NCBI GenBank assembly: GCA_018670095.1
Contig: JABHRR010000040.1
Span: forward strand, 7,331 to 71,330
Direction of reading: 5' to 3'
DNA: 64,000 nt
Source of the DNA: Candidatus Woesearchaeota archaeon
Lineage (GTDB): Archaea; Nanobdellota; Nanobdellia; Woesearchaeales; GW2011-AR9
The number at the start of each line of letters is the position of its first letter. Position 1 is the stretch's first letter. Under the pieces are notes generated by a model. It saw only the letters and a list, made by a program, of their open reading frames with translations. It was not told the origin of the DNA and searched no databases. Of the stretch, positions 48,137 through 58,291 are shown piece by piece. The position numbers were made by a program, and so were the translations under genes.

Positions 48137-50092
48137 TTACTTAACTGTTAAAGCAATAAATACCCCCTCTTTCTGATAAACAGGTTCAAATAAACCGGAA
48201 TTAATAAAGTCATTATACTTTTCCTGAAGTACGCCCAAGGATTTTTCTTCCCCGACTTCTTTTTTGAAAAATTTCAAGTCGTTCTTTATACTTAATAACA
48301 GATATTTATAATCTTTACTTTTTAAGAACCCATGAAGTTCTTTTGCACTTACATTAATAATCTTTTTTCTGAGTTCAATCTCTTCTTGACACCAATTACA
48401 ACTATATTTCCCAAACCCAACAGCAATTTTTGGTCTTGAAATCATAAAAACTTTTTCATTAACTGGAATTGAATTAAACCAAACACCATACTCAAAAGCC
48501 TCTTGAGGACTATTAAAGAAACTTGAAGTGGGCCAAACAGTAGTGTTATGTTGGATTTTGTAAGTAGCAGAAGTAAAAAAAATGCTAAAAATAATAATTA
48601 GAAGAATAAAAAACCTAATCACTTTTTTCTTACTAAAGAAATCTTTAATGAAGAAAGCACCTTCGGTCGAAACAATTGCAACTGGAATTGCTAATAACAT
48701 CCAAACCCTAAATGCACCTTTAGCAACTGAAAAAGGAAAAGTTATTCCATTAACTCCCCAAAAAGTATATATTAACCAAAATAAAATAATGCAAGCCCAC
48801 GCATTTCTCTTTTTAACAATTGAAGTTTTATACTTCCAAAGCAAATAAATTACACCAACTAAAACTAAAAGACTAATTACTATCCCGATTCCTATTGGAT
48901 TATTAATCATGTTCTCACTTTTTGCAATCATAAAATCTTTCAATGTGTAAGCACGTGAAGCAGAACCTCCGGGATTAACAACTGCAGAAATAGCATTAAC
49001 AATAAAAGATTTTGAGGGGGGAGGCAATGGGGCCCCGGTAATTGTAACAGAAGGAGCAGCGCCAAGTATCCTATAAGAAAAATAATAAGTTAAAAATCCA
49101 AATCTCCCATATTTAAATAACATTGATCCAAACCAAAATAAAGAGATACCAATCCCACCAAAAATAGCACTAAAATGGAAAAATAATATTTTCCGATTAG
49201 CAATAGATAAAATAATAACGTAAATAAAAATAAGGGTTGTTAATTTAATTGGTTGAGAAAAATTTTGTGAAACCCATAGCCCAGCAACCAATAAAGCAGA
49301 AATAACCCACCATCTTTTATCATGTTTGATTCTTTCAAATGCATACATTGTCGGGAAAAATAAAGTAACAATAAATGAATGTGCCCAAATAAAATGGCTA
49401 AGATAACATGGAATTGCAGCTAAAACAAAGGTTGCGAAAAGTGCTTTATTACGATTCCCTACAAATTGCCAGGCAAAGAAAAAGAAAAAAATGAAACCTA
49501 AAGAGATTATTAAAGCATTAAAAAATTTCATAGTCCAGGTTAAATCTGGAGAAGTTTGATGTAAAACTCCTAAGAACACATCATAAGCGGGCGGATAAGG
49601 ATCCAAATAAGACAATACTGGTTCTAATCTTTCTGAATCTTTTGGAGGTGGACCATAAGCAGTCTTTTCAATAGAAACATATTTAATTCCTTCTGAATGG
49701 CCCCAAGGATCTTCATTTTCTAAATAAGGGTAACTAAAAGCACCTTTTGCGTACATATAAAAAGAAGCGAAGAAAATTAATAAAACAATCACAATAATCA
49801 AATTTGATTTGGTTAACTTTAATTTTGGTAATCTTAAATTGCCTGCCTTTACTTTCTTAATCAAATCATAAATAGGAACGATTAAACTTAAAATTAAAAA
49901 TATTTTCCAATCTAATGGAACTCGAAAAAAATTAAGAATGATTGATAATATTGCGAAAATACCTAAACCAATCCCCACATTCATCAAATTTCTTTCTAAT
50001 GCATTTTCAGATTGTTTTACGAAATAGGTAACTGTAAAACCTAATCCCCAAGCATACAAGAAAAATAAAATAATTGTTATTATGCTAACCAT
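48137..50092 (-). CDS. large polytopic membrane protein, GT-C-like glycosyltransferase candidate, no. 2
   Basis: 651 aa, more than 12 TM, acidic ENEDPWGH in an early loop. No WWDYG motif, so not an STT3/AglB oligosaccharyltransferase. Confidence 0.35.
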   Translation of the reverse strand: MVSIITIILFFLYAWGLGFTVTYFVKQSENALERNLMNVGIGLGIFAILSIILNFFRVPLDWKIFLILSLIVPIYDLIKKVKAGNLRLPKLKLTKSNLIIVIVLLIFFASFYMYAKGAFSYPYLENEDPWGHSEGIKYVSIEKTAYGPPPKDSERLEPVLSYLDPYPPAYDVFLGVLHQTSPDLTWTMKFFNALIISLGFIFFFFFAWQFVGNRNKALFATFVLAAIPCYLSHFIWAHSFIVTLFFPTMYAFERIKHDKRWWVISALLVAGLWVSQNFSQPIKLTTLIFIYVIILSIANRKILFFHFSAIFGGIGISLFWFGSMLFKYGRFGFLTYYFSYRILGAAPSVTITGAPLPPPSKSFIVNAISAVVNPGGSASRAYTLKDFMIAKSENMINNPIGIGIVISLLVLVGVIYLLWKYKTSIVKKRNAWACIILFWLIYTFWGVNGITFPFSVAKGAFRVWMLLAIPVAIVSTEGAFFIKDFFSKKKVIRFFILLIIIFSIFFTSATYKIQHNTTVWPTSSFFNSPQEAFEYGVWFNSIPVNEKVFMISRPKIAVGFGKYSCNWCQEEIELRKKIINVSAKELHGFLKSKDYKYLLLSIKNDLKFFKKEVGEEKSLGVLQEKYNDFINSGLFEPVYQKEGVFIALTVK

Positions 50093-50173
50093 TTTTTCTT
50101 TTTTTAAATTAAATGAATCTATGTTATTAAGAGTATATAAAGTTAATTAAATTGGAAGATATAAAAGAAATAA

Positions 50174-51643
50174 TCAAATTTTGGAATTATAATAATATAA
50201 ATCTAATTCTTTATAACTTTCCGAATAAATTAAATTATACTTATCTTTCAATAACTTAACGTAATAATCACCCGTTTTTATATTTCTTGAAGAAATAAGC
50301 CAAAATTCTTTTTTCTGATTTAATAAACTAAATAACTGAGACTCATTTATTTTAATTAATTCCCTTTTATTTTCCCAAGTAAGCTTAATCTGGTCATATC
50401 CCCTATACAATTCAGTATCCCAATAATAATCGAACAAAAGAACATTAGAACCAGAACGATCAAATAAAATTAAAGGTTTACTTGAAGAATGTTCTTTAAT
50501 AGTGATTACTGCTTCATCCCAGGGGGCTTTGGTAGTTTCACCATAATATAGGGTTAGAGTAAAAAAGTTAAAAATTAAGATTAAAAAAACAATTATTATT
50601 TGAGTTCTCTTTAATTTTAATAGGCTTATTACTTTTGCAACTAAAACATAAAAGAAGGGAATAATAAAAAAAGAATGTCTTACTAAAGCAAAAGATCTTG
50701 TAATTGTATCCATTAAAAATAAATGAATTATTCCAATGAATGCTAAAGAAACAAATGTAACCCAAATTATAGTATTATTTTTAGGCATTTTAAATGAATA
50801 TTTTCTAAACAAAACAAGAATGCCGATTGTAAATAATAGAAGTAAAATTAACGGAAGTAAATAAAAACCAACACCCAGATTACTTAAAAAAACTGGCACA
50901 CCCCTTAAAACTAAACTTTCTTGTAAAATGGGATGACGAATCATTGTTTGAATAAATAATATTTGTAATCCGGGAATAAAGAAAATGATTGAAATTATTG
51001 CCGAAGAAAAGTGATTTTTTAAATTCAGGTGAGATTTGTGTTCCCGGTAATAAAAAAATAAAATTAAAGAATGGAAGATGATTACAAATAAAGCCATGTA
51101 GTTAGTATACAGCAGTATGGCATTTACCAATGAATAACCAAACAGAAAATAAATTTTCTTTCTTTTGTTGAGAGGAGTTTGAGATAATAATATAAATAAA
51201 TAAGTTGAAAGCAAAACTAAAAACCCAAACAAAGCATAAGGCCTTGCTTCTTGAGCATAAACAATTTGTAACATTGTTGTTGAGAAAATTAAAGCACTAA
51301 TTAGACCTACTTTTTTGTTAAAAACTTTTGCCCCTAAAAGATAAATTAAAATCACTGATAAAGAGTCAAAGAATGCTGATAAAAAACGTAAAGAGAACTC
51401 ACTAGTTCCAAATAAAGATGCCCAATACTTTAAGGTTATAAAATAACCAGGAGGCATTAATTCAGTGTAAATCACAGAATCAATTAACCCTTTATAATTT
51501 TCTTTCTGAGTATGAATTAAAGAAACCATCTCATCTGTCCATAAAGATTCTGTACTTAAATCATAAAAACGTAAGGTAGCACCTAAAATTACAATTAGAA
51601 ATAAAATCAAATAAACTTTTTTCTTATTTTTTTCCAAATTCAT
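50174..51643 (-). CDS. GT-C membrane glycosyltransferase (PMT_2/ArnT-like), no. 3
   Basis: LRFYDLSTESLWTDEM acidic first-loop motif; YWASLFGTSEFSLRFLSAFFDSLSVILIYLL. Confidence 0.65.
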   Translation of the reverse strand: MNLEKNKKKVYLILFLIVILGATLRFYDLSTESLWTDEMVSLIHTQKENYKGLIDSVIYTELMPPGYFITLKYWASLFGTSEFSLRFLSAFFDSLSVILIYLLGAKVFNKKVGLISALIFSTTMLQIVYAQEARPYALFGFLVLLSTYLFILLSQTPLNKRKKIYFLFGYSLVNAILLYTNYMALFVIIFHSLILFFYYREHKSHLNLKNHFSSAIISIIFFIPGLQILFIQTMIRHPILQESLVLRGVPVFLSNLGVGFYLLPLILLLLFTIGILVLFRKYSFKMPKNNTIIWVTFVSLAFIGIIHLFLMDTITRSFALVRHSFFIIPFFYVLVAKVISLLKLKRTQIIIVFLILIFNFFTLTLYYGETTKAPWDEAVITIKEHSSSKPLILFDRSGSNVLLFDYYWDTELYRGYDQIKLTWENKRELIKINESQLFSLLNQKKEFWLISSRNIKTGDYYVKLLKDKYNLIYSESYKELDLYYYNSKI

Positions 51644-51663
51644 GGTTCACCTTTTTGTACGCA

Positions 51664-52509
51664 TTACATATATTTAAAAAAATCTTTAAAAGTTATTAAC
51701 TTATTTCCTTTTCTCTTTAACTGACTAAAATCTTCTTTGGTAGGCATCCTAGTCATCGTGGCTTTTTCTTCATCTTGTTTAAATGAGATTAGTTCATTAT
51801 CACCATTATGATTAACATTAGCATAATTATTGATAAACTCATTTAACATAAAACCAAATGATTGCGCTAATTTATGATGGAGTTCATACATGGATATGTT
51901 TTGATTATAATCGAACTTCTTTTGAAAAATAATATTACCAGTATCTAATCCGGCCTCCATAAAATGAATAGTTACCCCATATTGCTGATCTCCATTAAAT
52001 AGATACCAAAAATATTGAGCGGCACCCCTATATTCTGGAAGATAAGAACCATGAGCATTAATCAACTTATTGCCAAGAGTTTCAAAAACGTTCTTTCTTA
52101 AAATTTGGGCTACCAAACAAAGCACATAATTGGGATTTAATTCTTTAACGTTATTTAAAAAATCATTATCACTAAGATTGTTTGTTTTAATTATAGGGAT
52201 ATTATATTGACTAGCTAAGTCTTCAATAGTCTTAGCAGAATCATTTTGATACTTTTTTGTTTTTGTTAATTTATGACCTAGCAAGAGATAGTTATAAACT
52301 TTTGATTCCAATAATTTGTAAAAGAAAAAACTAAATGAAGATTTTTTTGTAAGTTTATAGGCAACTTTTAGTTGATCAGTAAATGATTCCCCTTTAAATT
52401 GACTAGCAAGGACAATTGCTTTGAGTCTATCTGAGTTATTTATTAAGACTTCTCTTGTAGCCACTATAGAAGCCATTGTATTCTGAGTGAAAACGATAAT
52501 ATCTTTCAT
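51664..52509 (-). CDS. formyltransferase-family protein (sugar N-formyltransferase / ArnA-FT / Fmt N-domain-like)
   Basis: NAHGSYLPEYRGAAQYFW and GVTIHFMEAGLDTGNII match the N10-formyl-THF binding and catalytic motifs. Confidence 0.65.
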   Translation of the reverse strand: MKDIIVFTQNTMASIVATREVLINNSDRLKAIVLASQFKGESFTDQLKVAYKLTKKSSFSFFFYKLLESKVYNYLLLGHKLTKTKKYQNDSAKTIEDLASQYNIPIIKTNNLSDNDFLNNVKELNPNYVLCLVAQILRKNVFETLGNKLINAHGSYLPEYRGAAQYFWYLFNGDQQYGVTIHFMEAGLDTGNIIFQKKFDYNQNISMYELHHKLAQSFGFMLNEFINNYANVNHNGDNELISFKQDEEKATMTRMPTKEDFSQLKRKGNKLITFKDFFKYM

Positions 52510-52542
52510 CTTTTGTTTATCAAATGATAACTTTTGTAAAAA

Positions 52543-53331
52543 TTAAATCTTTTTAAATCTCAGTTCAATTATTCTTTTCAAATATAACATCCCATACTTG
52601 AAAAGGCCAGATAAAGTATCAGCAGTTTTTGATTGTCCTGCCCTTCTATCAACAAAAGGATATCCTACCTCTTTGATTTTGTATCCTTTCTTTCCTGCAG
52701 TATAAAGAAATTCAATACAATATTCTCCATAAGCAGAGTCAGAAAGAGTTATTTTCTCAAGGACCTCTTTTTTTGCAGCAATAAAACCACTATCATAATC
52801 CAACACATTAAAGTTAAGGACGATATTAGTAAAGACGTTGATAAATCTACTTGATACAACCCTTAACAAAGGCCGTTTATCTTTACCACCTTTAGCATAC
52901 CTTGAACCAACAACAACATCGTAATGATCAAATTTCTGTAACATTCGCGGGATTAATTCTGGAGGCATAGATTGATCTGCATCCATCCAAACAACATATT
53001 TGCCCTTTGCTTCTTTAATAGCATTTGAGATTGATTTGACTAAACCTCGATCTTCTAATCTTCTGATTACTTTCACATCAAAAGAGTTTAAATCTTCTGC
53101 AATTTTCCAAGTACCATCTGGACTATTATCATCAACAACAATAATCTCTTTAGAATGATTAACTAAAGCTTGTTGTGTTCTTTGAATTAATGGGATTATG
53201 TTTTCTGCTTCGTTATATGTTGGAAATATAACTGAAACCTCAATTTCTGAATTACTGATATCTTTTCCCATATTTTTTACCATATCTGTTTCTATTGCTT
53301 TCCCTATTGTCTTTTTTATTATTTTTTCCAT
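52543..53331 (-). CDS. GT2 polyprenyl-phosphate hexose synthase (ArnC/DPM1-like, soluble form)
   Basis: VSVIFPTYNE ... IIVVDDNSPD ... WMDADQ. Paralog of the 43653..44381 gene. Confidence 0.75.
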   Translation of the reverse strand: MEKIIKKTIGKAIETDMVKNMGKDISNSEIEVSVIFPTYNEAENIIPLIQRTQQALVNHSKEIIVVDDNSPDGTWKIAEDLNSFDVKVIRRLEDRGLVKSISNAIKEAKGKYVVWMDADQSMPPELIPRMLQKFDHYDVVVGSRYAKGGKDKRPLLRVVSSRFINVFTNIVLNFNVLDYDSGFIAAKKEVLEKITLSDSAYGEYCIEFLYTAGKKGYKIKEVGYPFVDRRAGQSKTADTLSGLFKYGMLYLKRIIELRFKKI

Positions 53332-53424
53332 TTCTTTAAAGAAACTCTAATCTTTTATTTTATATACTTTTTGGAAGAGTGATTAACATATTAAAGTTAA
53401 TGTATCACAAGTTTTTAAAGTGAT

Positions 53425-54897
53425 TTGGTTTCATTTAGGTTAAGAATGGAAGAATTAAGAAAGAATATTAAGTTGGAAAGGGATTCTATGAGTAATAATG
53501 AAGTAATATTAAAAAGTAAACAGATTAAAGAAAGAATATTGACTTTTTCTTTGTTTAATCAATCTAATTCTATAATGTTTTATTACCAAAAAGGAAATGA
53601 AGTTAACTTAAATGGTTTAATGAGTTCACAATTAAATCATCAAAAAAGAAAGATAATTCTTCCGAAAACAAATAAAGATGATTTTTCAATGAAAAGTTAT
53701 CAAATAAATAATTTAAGTGAAGATTTGGAGAATGGCGCATTTGGAATCATGGAACCAAAAAAAGATTGTTTAGAAATTAACAAAGAACAAATTGACCTTG
53801 TTTTTGTTCCTGGGGTTGCTTTTGACTTAGCTGGAAATAGATTGGGTCATGGGTTAGGTTATTACGATCGATTTCTTGAAGATTTTAATGGGATTAAAGT
53901 GGGGGTTGCTTACGATTTTCAGATAGTTGATTCCATAAAAGTTAAAAGCCATGATGTGCCAATGGATTATGTCATAACAGAAAAGAGGGTCATTAAAACT
54001 AATCGAGAACAAAATAAAATGGGACAATTATTATCAGGAAAAGAATTATCTGAAAAAATATTAACGGCACTTAAAGAAAAAGTAGAAATACTAGAAAATA
54101 AACCAACTTTAGCGATTGTTTCTGTAGGAGAAGATCTAGCATCTAAGATTTATATCAAAAAAAAACTTAAAATTGCAGAAAAAATTGGTGTAAAAGCGCG
54201 ACATTACAAACTAAACGAAGAAACAAAAGAAGAAGAATTGTTAGGTTTGATTGAGAAGCTAAATAAGGATGATAATGTTGATGGATTTATTGTTCAATTA
54301 CCTTTACCAAAACAGATTAATGAAAATAAAGTAATTAATAGTATTAATCCCAGAAAAGATGTGGATGGTTTCCATCCAATAAATATGGGTAAAATATTCT
54401 TAGAGATCTTTGAAGAAGAAACAGATATGATTCCCGCTACGCCTTACGGGATAATGAAAATTATTGAATATTATAATCTTGATTTAGAAGGGAAAAAAGT
54501 TGTTATTGTTGGCAAAAGTAATATTGTGGGTAAACCAATTGCCCAATTGATGCTGATGAAGAATGCCACAGTAACTATTGCCCATAAAAAAACTAATAAT
54601 CTTGCTGAACATACAAAGGATGCAGACATAATTGTTGTTGCCGTTGGAAAAGAAAAACTTATTACTGCTGACATGGTCAAAGAAGGTGTGATAGTGATTG
54701 ATGTGGGGATGAACCGAACTGAAGAAGGTAAGATTGTTGGAGATGTTGATTTTGAGAATGTTAAAGAGAAAGCATCACTCATCACTCCAGTTCCTGGAGG
54801 AGTAGGACCAATGACGGTTACGATGTTACTTTATAATCTTGTAAAGACTAAAATAACAATGAGAAAAGTATCTAATGAAGAAGATAAATCTTTATAA
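53425..54897 (+). CDS. fusion: 5-formyltetrahydrofolate cyclo-ligase + methylene-THF dehydrogenase/methenyl-THF cyclohydrolase (FolD)
   Basis: N-terminal DLVFVPGVAFDLAGNRLGHGLGYYDRF (MTHFS signature). C-terminal FolD motifs ASKIYIKKK, DGFIVQLPLP, VVIVGKSNIVGKP, PGGVGPMT. Confidence 0.8.
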   Translation: MVSFRLRMEELRKNIKLERDSMSNNEVILKSKQIKERILTFSLFNQSNSIMFYYQKGNEVNLNGLMSSQLNHQKRKIILPKTNKDDFSMKSYQINNLSEDLENGAFGIMEPKKDCLEINKEQIDLVFVPGVAFDLAGNRLGHGLGYYDRFLEDFNGIKVGVAYDFQIVDSIKVKSHDVPMDYVITEKRVIKTNREQNKMGQLLSGKELSEKILTALKEKVEILENKPTLAIVSVGEDLASKIYIKKKLKIAEKIGVKARHYKLNEETKEEELLGLIEKLNKDDNVDGFIVQLPLPKQINENKVINSINPRKDVDGFHPINMGKIFLEIFEEETDMIPATPYGIMKIIEYYNLDLEGKKVVIVGKSNIVGKPIAQLMLMKNATVTIAHKKTNNLAEHTKDADIIVVAVGKEKLITADMVKEGVIVIDVGMNRTEEGKIVGDVDFENVKEKASLITPVPGGVGPMTVTMLLYNLVKTKITMRKVSNEEDKSL

Positions 54898-54938
54898 CTA
54901 AATTAAATGGATTAAAATGGAATCATAAATATTAAAAA

Positions 54939-55826
54939 GTGAAAACAATGAAAATAATAATATCCATACCGGCATATAACGAAGAGAAAACATTACCTCG
55001 AGTTTTAGAAGAGATTAAAGAAGTAATGAGTAATACAAATTATAATTATGAGTTCTTGATTCTTGATGATGGTTCAAAAGATAAAACAGTAGAAGTAGCC
55101 GAGAAACAAGGAGCAATAGTAGTTTCTAACAGAAGAAATTTGGGTTTAGCGGAAACTTTCAAAAAAGAAATGACTGAATGTCTAAAAAGAAAAGCAGAGA
55201 TTATTGTTCATACTGATGCGGATGGACAATATCATCCTCAACACATTCCGGAACTGATTAAAAAAGTTGAAGAGGGTCACGATTTAGTTTTAGGAAGTAG
55301 ATTTAAAAGAAATATCAGACATATGCCATTTCTCAAAAAGATTGGAAATATGGCTTTTGCTAAAGTGATTAGTTCTTTAACCAAAGTTAAAATTACGGAT
55401 TCCACAACTGGTTATCGTGCTTTCACAGCAGAAGTTGCTAGAAACATTAGTTTTATTAATACATTTACTTACACTCAAGAACAAATTATTAAAGCTGCCA
55501 AACAAGGTTTTAAAATAACTGAAGTCCCGATAGTTTGTAGAAAAACTAGAGAAAGTAGATTATTTAAAAATCCGTTTCAATATGCAATTAAAGCTTGGAT
55601 AAATATATTCAGAATTTATCGTGATTATCAACCATTAAAATTTTTTGGGCAGATTGGAGGAATTTTCTTTTTATTAGGATTCCTATTGGGAATTTACATT
55701 ACTATTACTTTTATTCTTACAGGGGTCGTTGGTGGAATTCCTAGAGTGATTCTAAGTATGCTTTTGATGTTAACGGGAATTCAGATAATTTTGTTTGGAT
55801 TTTTTGCGGATATGTTACATAAATGA
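54939..55826 (+). CDS. GT2 polyprenyl-phosphate sugar synthase with C-terminal TM helices (GtrB-like)
   Basis: ISIPAYNEE ... LILDDGSKD ... two C-terminal TM helices. Confidence 0.7.
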   Translation: MKTMKIIISIPAYNEEKTLPRVLEEIKEVMSNTNYNYEFLILDDGSKDKTVEVAEKQGAIVVSNRRNLGLAETFKKEMTECLKRKAEIIVHTDADGQYHPQHIPELIKKVEEGHDLVLGSRFKRNIRHMPFLKKIGNMAFAKVISSLTKVKITDSTTGYRAFTAEVARNISFINTFTYTQEQIIKAAKQGFKITEVPIVCRKTRESRLFKNPFQYAIKAWINIFRIYRDYQPLKFFGQIGGIFFLLGFLLGIYITITFILTGVVGGIPRVILSMLLMLTGIQIILFGFFADMLHK

Positions 55827-55832
55827 GTCAGA

Positions 55833-57317
55833 TTATTTCTTTTTAAAAAAACTTAGAACTAAATTTAAATCTTTCTTTTTAATTTCATTAAGAATAAGTA
55901 ATAAACAAAAATAAATTACTAATAATAAGACAAATTCTAGAAGTAAAATGATTCCAGTACCTTTCCAAAAGAAACCCAGCAAGAGAATAATTAGTGAAGA
56001 AAAAGAAATCTTTAAAGTAGATCTCCAAGAAACAAAATTACCAAATTTCTTATGAATATAAAACCCAGCAAGAGACATACAAACAAAAGAGCTAGCAACA
56101 GAAGAAATTGCGGCACCCACCATTCCAAACAAAGGAATTAAGAAAAAACTTAAAGGGAATAATATAAATAAAGTGATAAGGCCAATAAATGTTTCTATTC
56201 GTGGTTTACCATAACCCATCAGAACTGCAGTGAAAATAGTAAAAATTGCCCAGAATGTAGTATGAATCATCAGGATACCAAGAATTGGTCCAGCAGGAGA
56301 GTATTCTAGAGGATAAAAAATGTTTAAAAAACGACTTGCTGAAGAAATAATTAAAGCAGATAAAGGAAATAAAGCCATTACCAAATAACGTAAAGATTGA
56401 GTGATATATCTTTTTGCTAATAGTTTGTTGTTATTAGATAAAGCTTTAGATATTGAAGGCATAAGAGTAAAAGAAAGAGAACCAAAAATAAAAATAGGAA
56501 AATTAGATAATGTTGTTGCAGCAGTATAATAACCCGCAAAGATATTCTTTGTAAGGAATGATTTAATCAATAACACATTAACATTCTTAATTACCGTAAA
56601 AACAAGGGCAGAAAGAGTAATGGGGATTGAAAATTTTAAAAAGTCTTTGAGAGCATTATTTCTAGAGGTTATAACTTTTGAATGATTTGTAATGGGAGGA
56701 GAAGGGTTATTTTTAATGAGATTATATTTCCTATTGAAAAGAATTATACAAAAAAACAAAGAGATTATGATTGCTAAAAAATATCCCAAAAGAACACCAA
56801 ATATTTCAAAACCAAAGAAAACAAAAAAGATTACTAATGTTGCTTTAAGAATTGAGTGAACTGCACCCATAAAAGCTTGTTCTTTAAACATCCTCAGCCC
56901 ATTTAGGTAACCATTCCAATAAAGAGAAAAAATAGTGAAAAAGACTACTAATAAAAAAGTCAGAATAACGTAAAATGTTAAATCGCCATCTTTTAGTAAA
57001 CGGGATATTAATTTAGAAGATGCCACCATCAGAAGAAAAAAGAGTGAAGAAACGAGAAGTTGTAATCTAAATGAAGATTTGATTAACAACATAAGATCAC
57101 CTTTCTTTTCAGAAATAAATTTTGAAGAAGTTTTAACAAATCCTGCACTCAGAAAAGCCCCCCCCATAGTGTAAATTGACAAAAGAATCCCATAAATCCC
57201 ATAACTATTTGGATTTAATAACTTAGCTAATAAAATATGAAGTGAATAATTTGATAACAAAATAAATATTCCAGCAATTGTTAAATATACAGTTCCTTTA
57301 CCCATTACTTTTTTCAT
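55833..57317 (-). CDS. wzx: Wzx-type flippase / polysaccharide biosynthesis membrane protein (PST family), second copy
   Basis: 494 aa, about 12-14 TM. Confidence 0.55.
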   Translation of the reverse strand: MKKVMGKGTVYLTIAGIFILLSNYSLHILLAKLLNPNSYGIYGILLSIYTMGGAFLSAGFVKTSSKFISEKKGDLMLLIKSSFRLQLLVSSLFFLLMVASSKLISRLLKDGDLTFYVILTFLLVVFFTIFSLYWNGYLNGLRMFKEQAFMGAVHSILKATLVIFFVFFGFEIFGVLLGYFLAIIISLFFCIILFNRKYNLIKNNPSPPITNHSKVITSRNNALKDFLKFSIPITLSALVFTVIKNVNVLLIKSFLTKNIFAGYYTAATTLSNFPIFIFGSLSFTLMPSISKALSNNNKLLAKRYITQSLRYLVMALFPLSALIISSASRFLNIFYPLEYSPAGPILGILMIHTTFWAIFTIFTAVLMGYGKPRIETFIGLITLFILFPLSFFLIPLFGMVGAAISSVASSFVCMSLAGFYIHKKFGNFVSWRSTLKISFSSLIILLLGFFWKGTGIILLLEFVLLLVIYFCLLLILNEIKKKDLNLVLSFFKKK

Positions 57318-57384
57318 TTGCTAATAACTTTTATTTGGATTAAAGTTTATTTACTTCTTATTTCACAAAGAAAATCGAAAAAAA

Positions 57385-58122
57385 TTACTTTTCTAATCTT
57401 TCATATTTAAATATGATCCAAAATTGATAAAATAATTTTCTTACCAGTTCCAATGATAACGCAAGAGCATAAACCCACAAGATAATTTCTGGAAACCCAA
57501 ATAAAACACCAAAAAACATTAAGTTAAAAGGATTATCCATTAACAAAAAATCAGAAATTATTGACAATAAACCCCTCTTCTGACTTTTTAAAGAGATATT
57601 TTCCCCAAAAATAAGTTTGGTCATTTCATTTCTCTGATTAATATTACCATACCAGGCCAAATTAATTGTTAATGCTTTAGATAATAAGAATGTAAATGTT
57701 GCAATTCCAGAAGCAATAAAGATTATTAAATCACCAGTCTGATTATAAATCCCTAAAGCTAAAGCAATCAATAATAATGAATTACATAAATAATGACCAA
57801 TATAGTCAAGATACATCCCATTTAAAGAGTAATGTTTTCTATACCTTGCTACAATTCCATCAACACCATCAATAATGGAAGCTAATTGAAAAATTAAAAG
57901 TGAAAAAACTGTAACTAAATATCCTCCTTTAGCAATAAAGAATAAAGTAATTAGTTTAATTAAAATCCACAAAATAGTAATTTGATTAGGAGTGAAAGGT
58001 AAGTATAAAAATATCTTTGCAGGATAAAAAGCTAGATAATCACACATGGGATTAAGAAAACCATTTGTACTCTTTTTTGCATATAATTTCCTTAACTCTT
58101 TGATTTTAGGTATTTTATTCAT
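57385..58122 (-). CDS. CDP-alcohol phosphatidyltransferase (DIPPS/AIPS-like)
   Basis: IDGVDGIVARYRKHYSLNGMYLDYIGHYL fits the CDP-OH-P-transferase motif; about 6 TM. Confidence 0.7.
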   Translation of the reverse strand: MNKIPKIKELRKLYAKKSTNGFLNPMCDYLAFYPAKIFLYLPFTPNQITILWILIKLITLFFIAKGGYLVTVFSLLIFQLASIIDGVDGIVARYRKHYSLNGMYLDYIGHYLCNSLLLIALALGIYNQTGDLIIFIASGIATFTFLLSKALTINLAWYGNINQRNEMTKLIFGENISLKSQKRGLLSIISDFLLMDNPFNLMFFGVLFGFPEIILWVYALALSLELVRKLFYQFWIIFKYERLEK

Positions 58123-58291
58123 TTTTTATTTCTGATATTAAAACTTGCTTTAATTAAAGTAAAATTAAAAGGGGGTTTTTATACTTTACTAAACCAAAAT
58201 TAAGTTAAGTAAATAAAAATAATTAGATTTAGAACATAAAGCCAAAAGATATAAAAAGAGAGGTAACTGTTTAAAAAAACAATAAAACAAA

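Noticed and set aside
48137-50092. Possible archaeal oligosaccharyltransferase AglB/STT3.
   Set aside because: No WWDYG motif, and no DxD or MI/DK motif in the expected places. The C-terminal soluble domain is short. I kept it only as a generic GT-C candidate.
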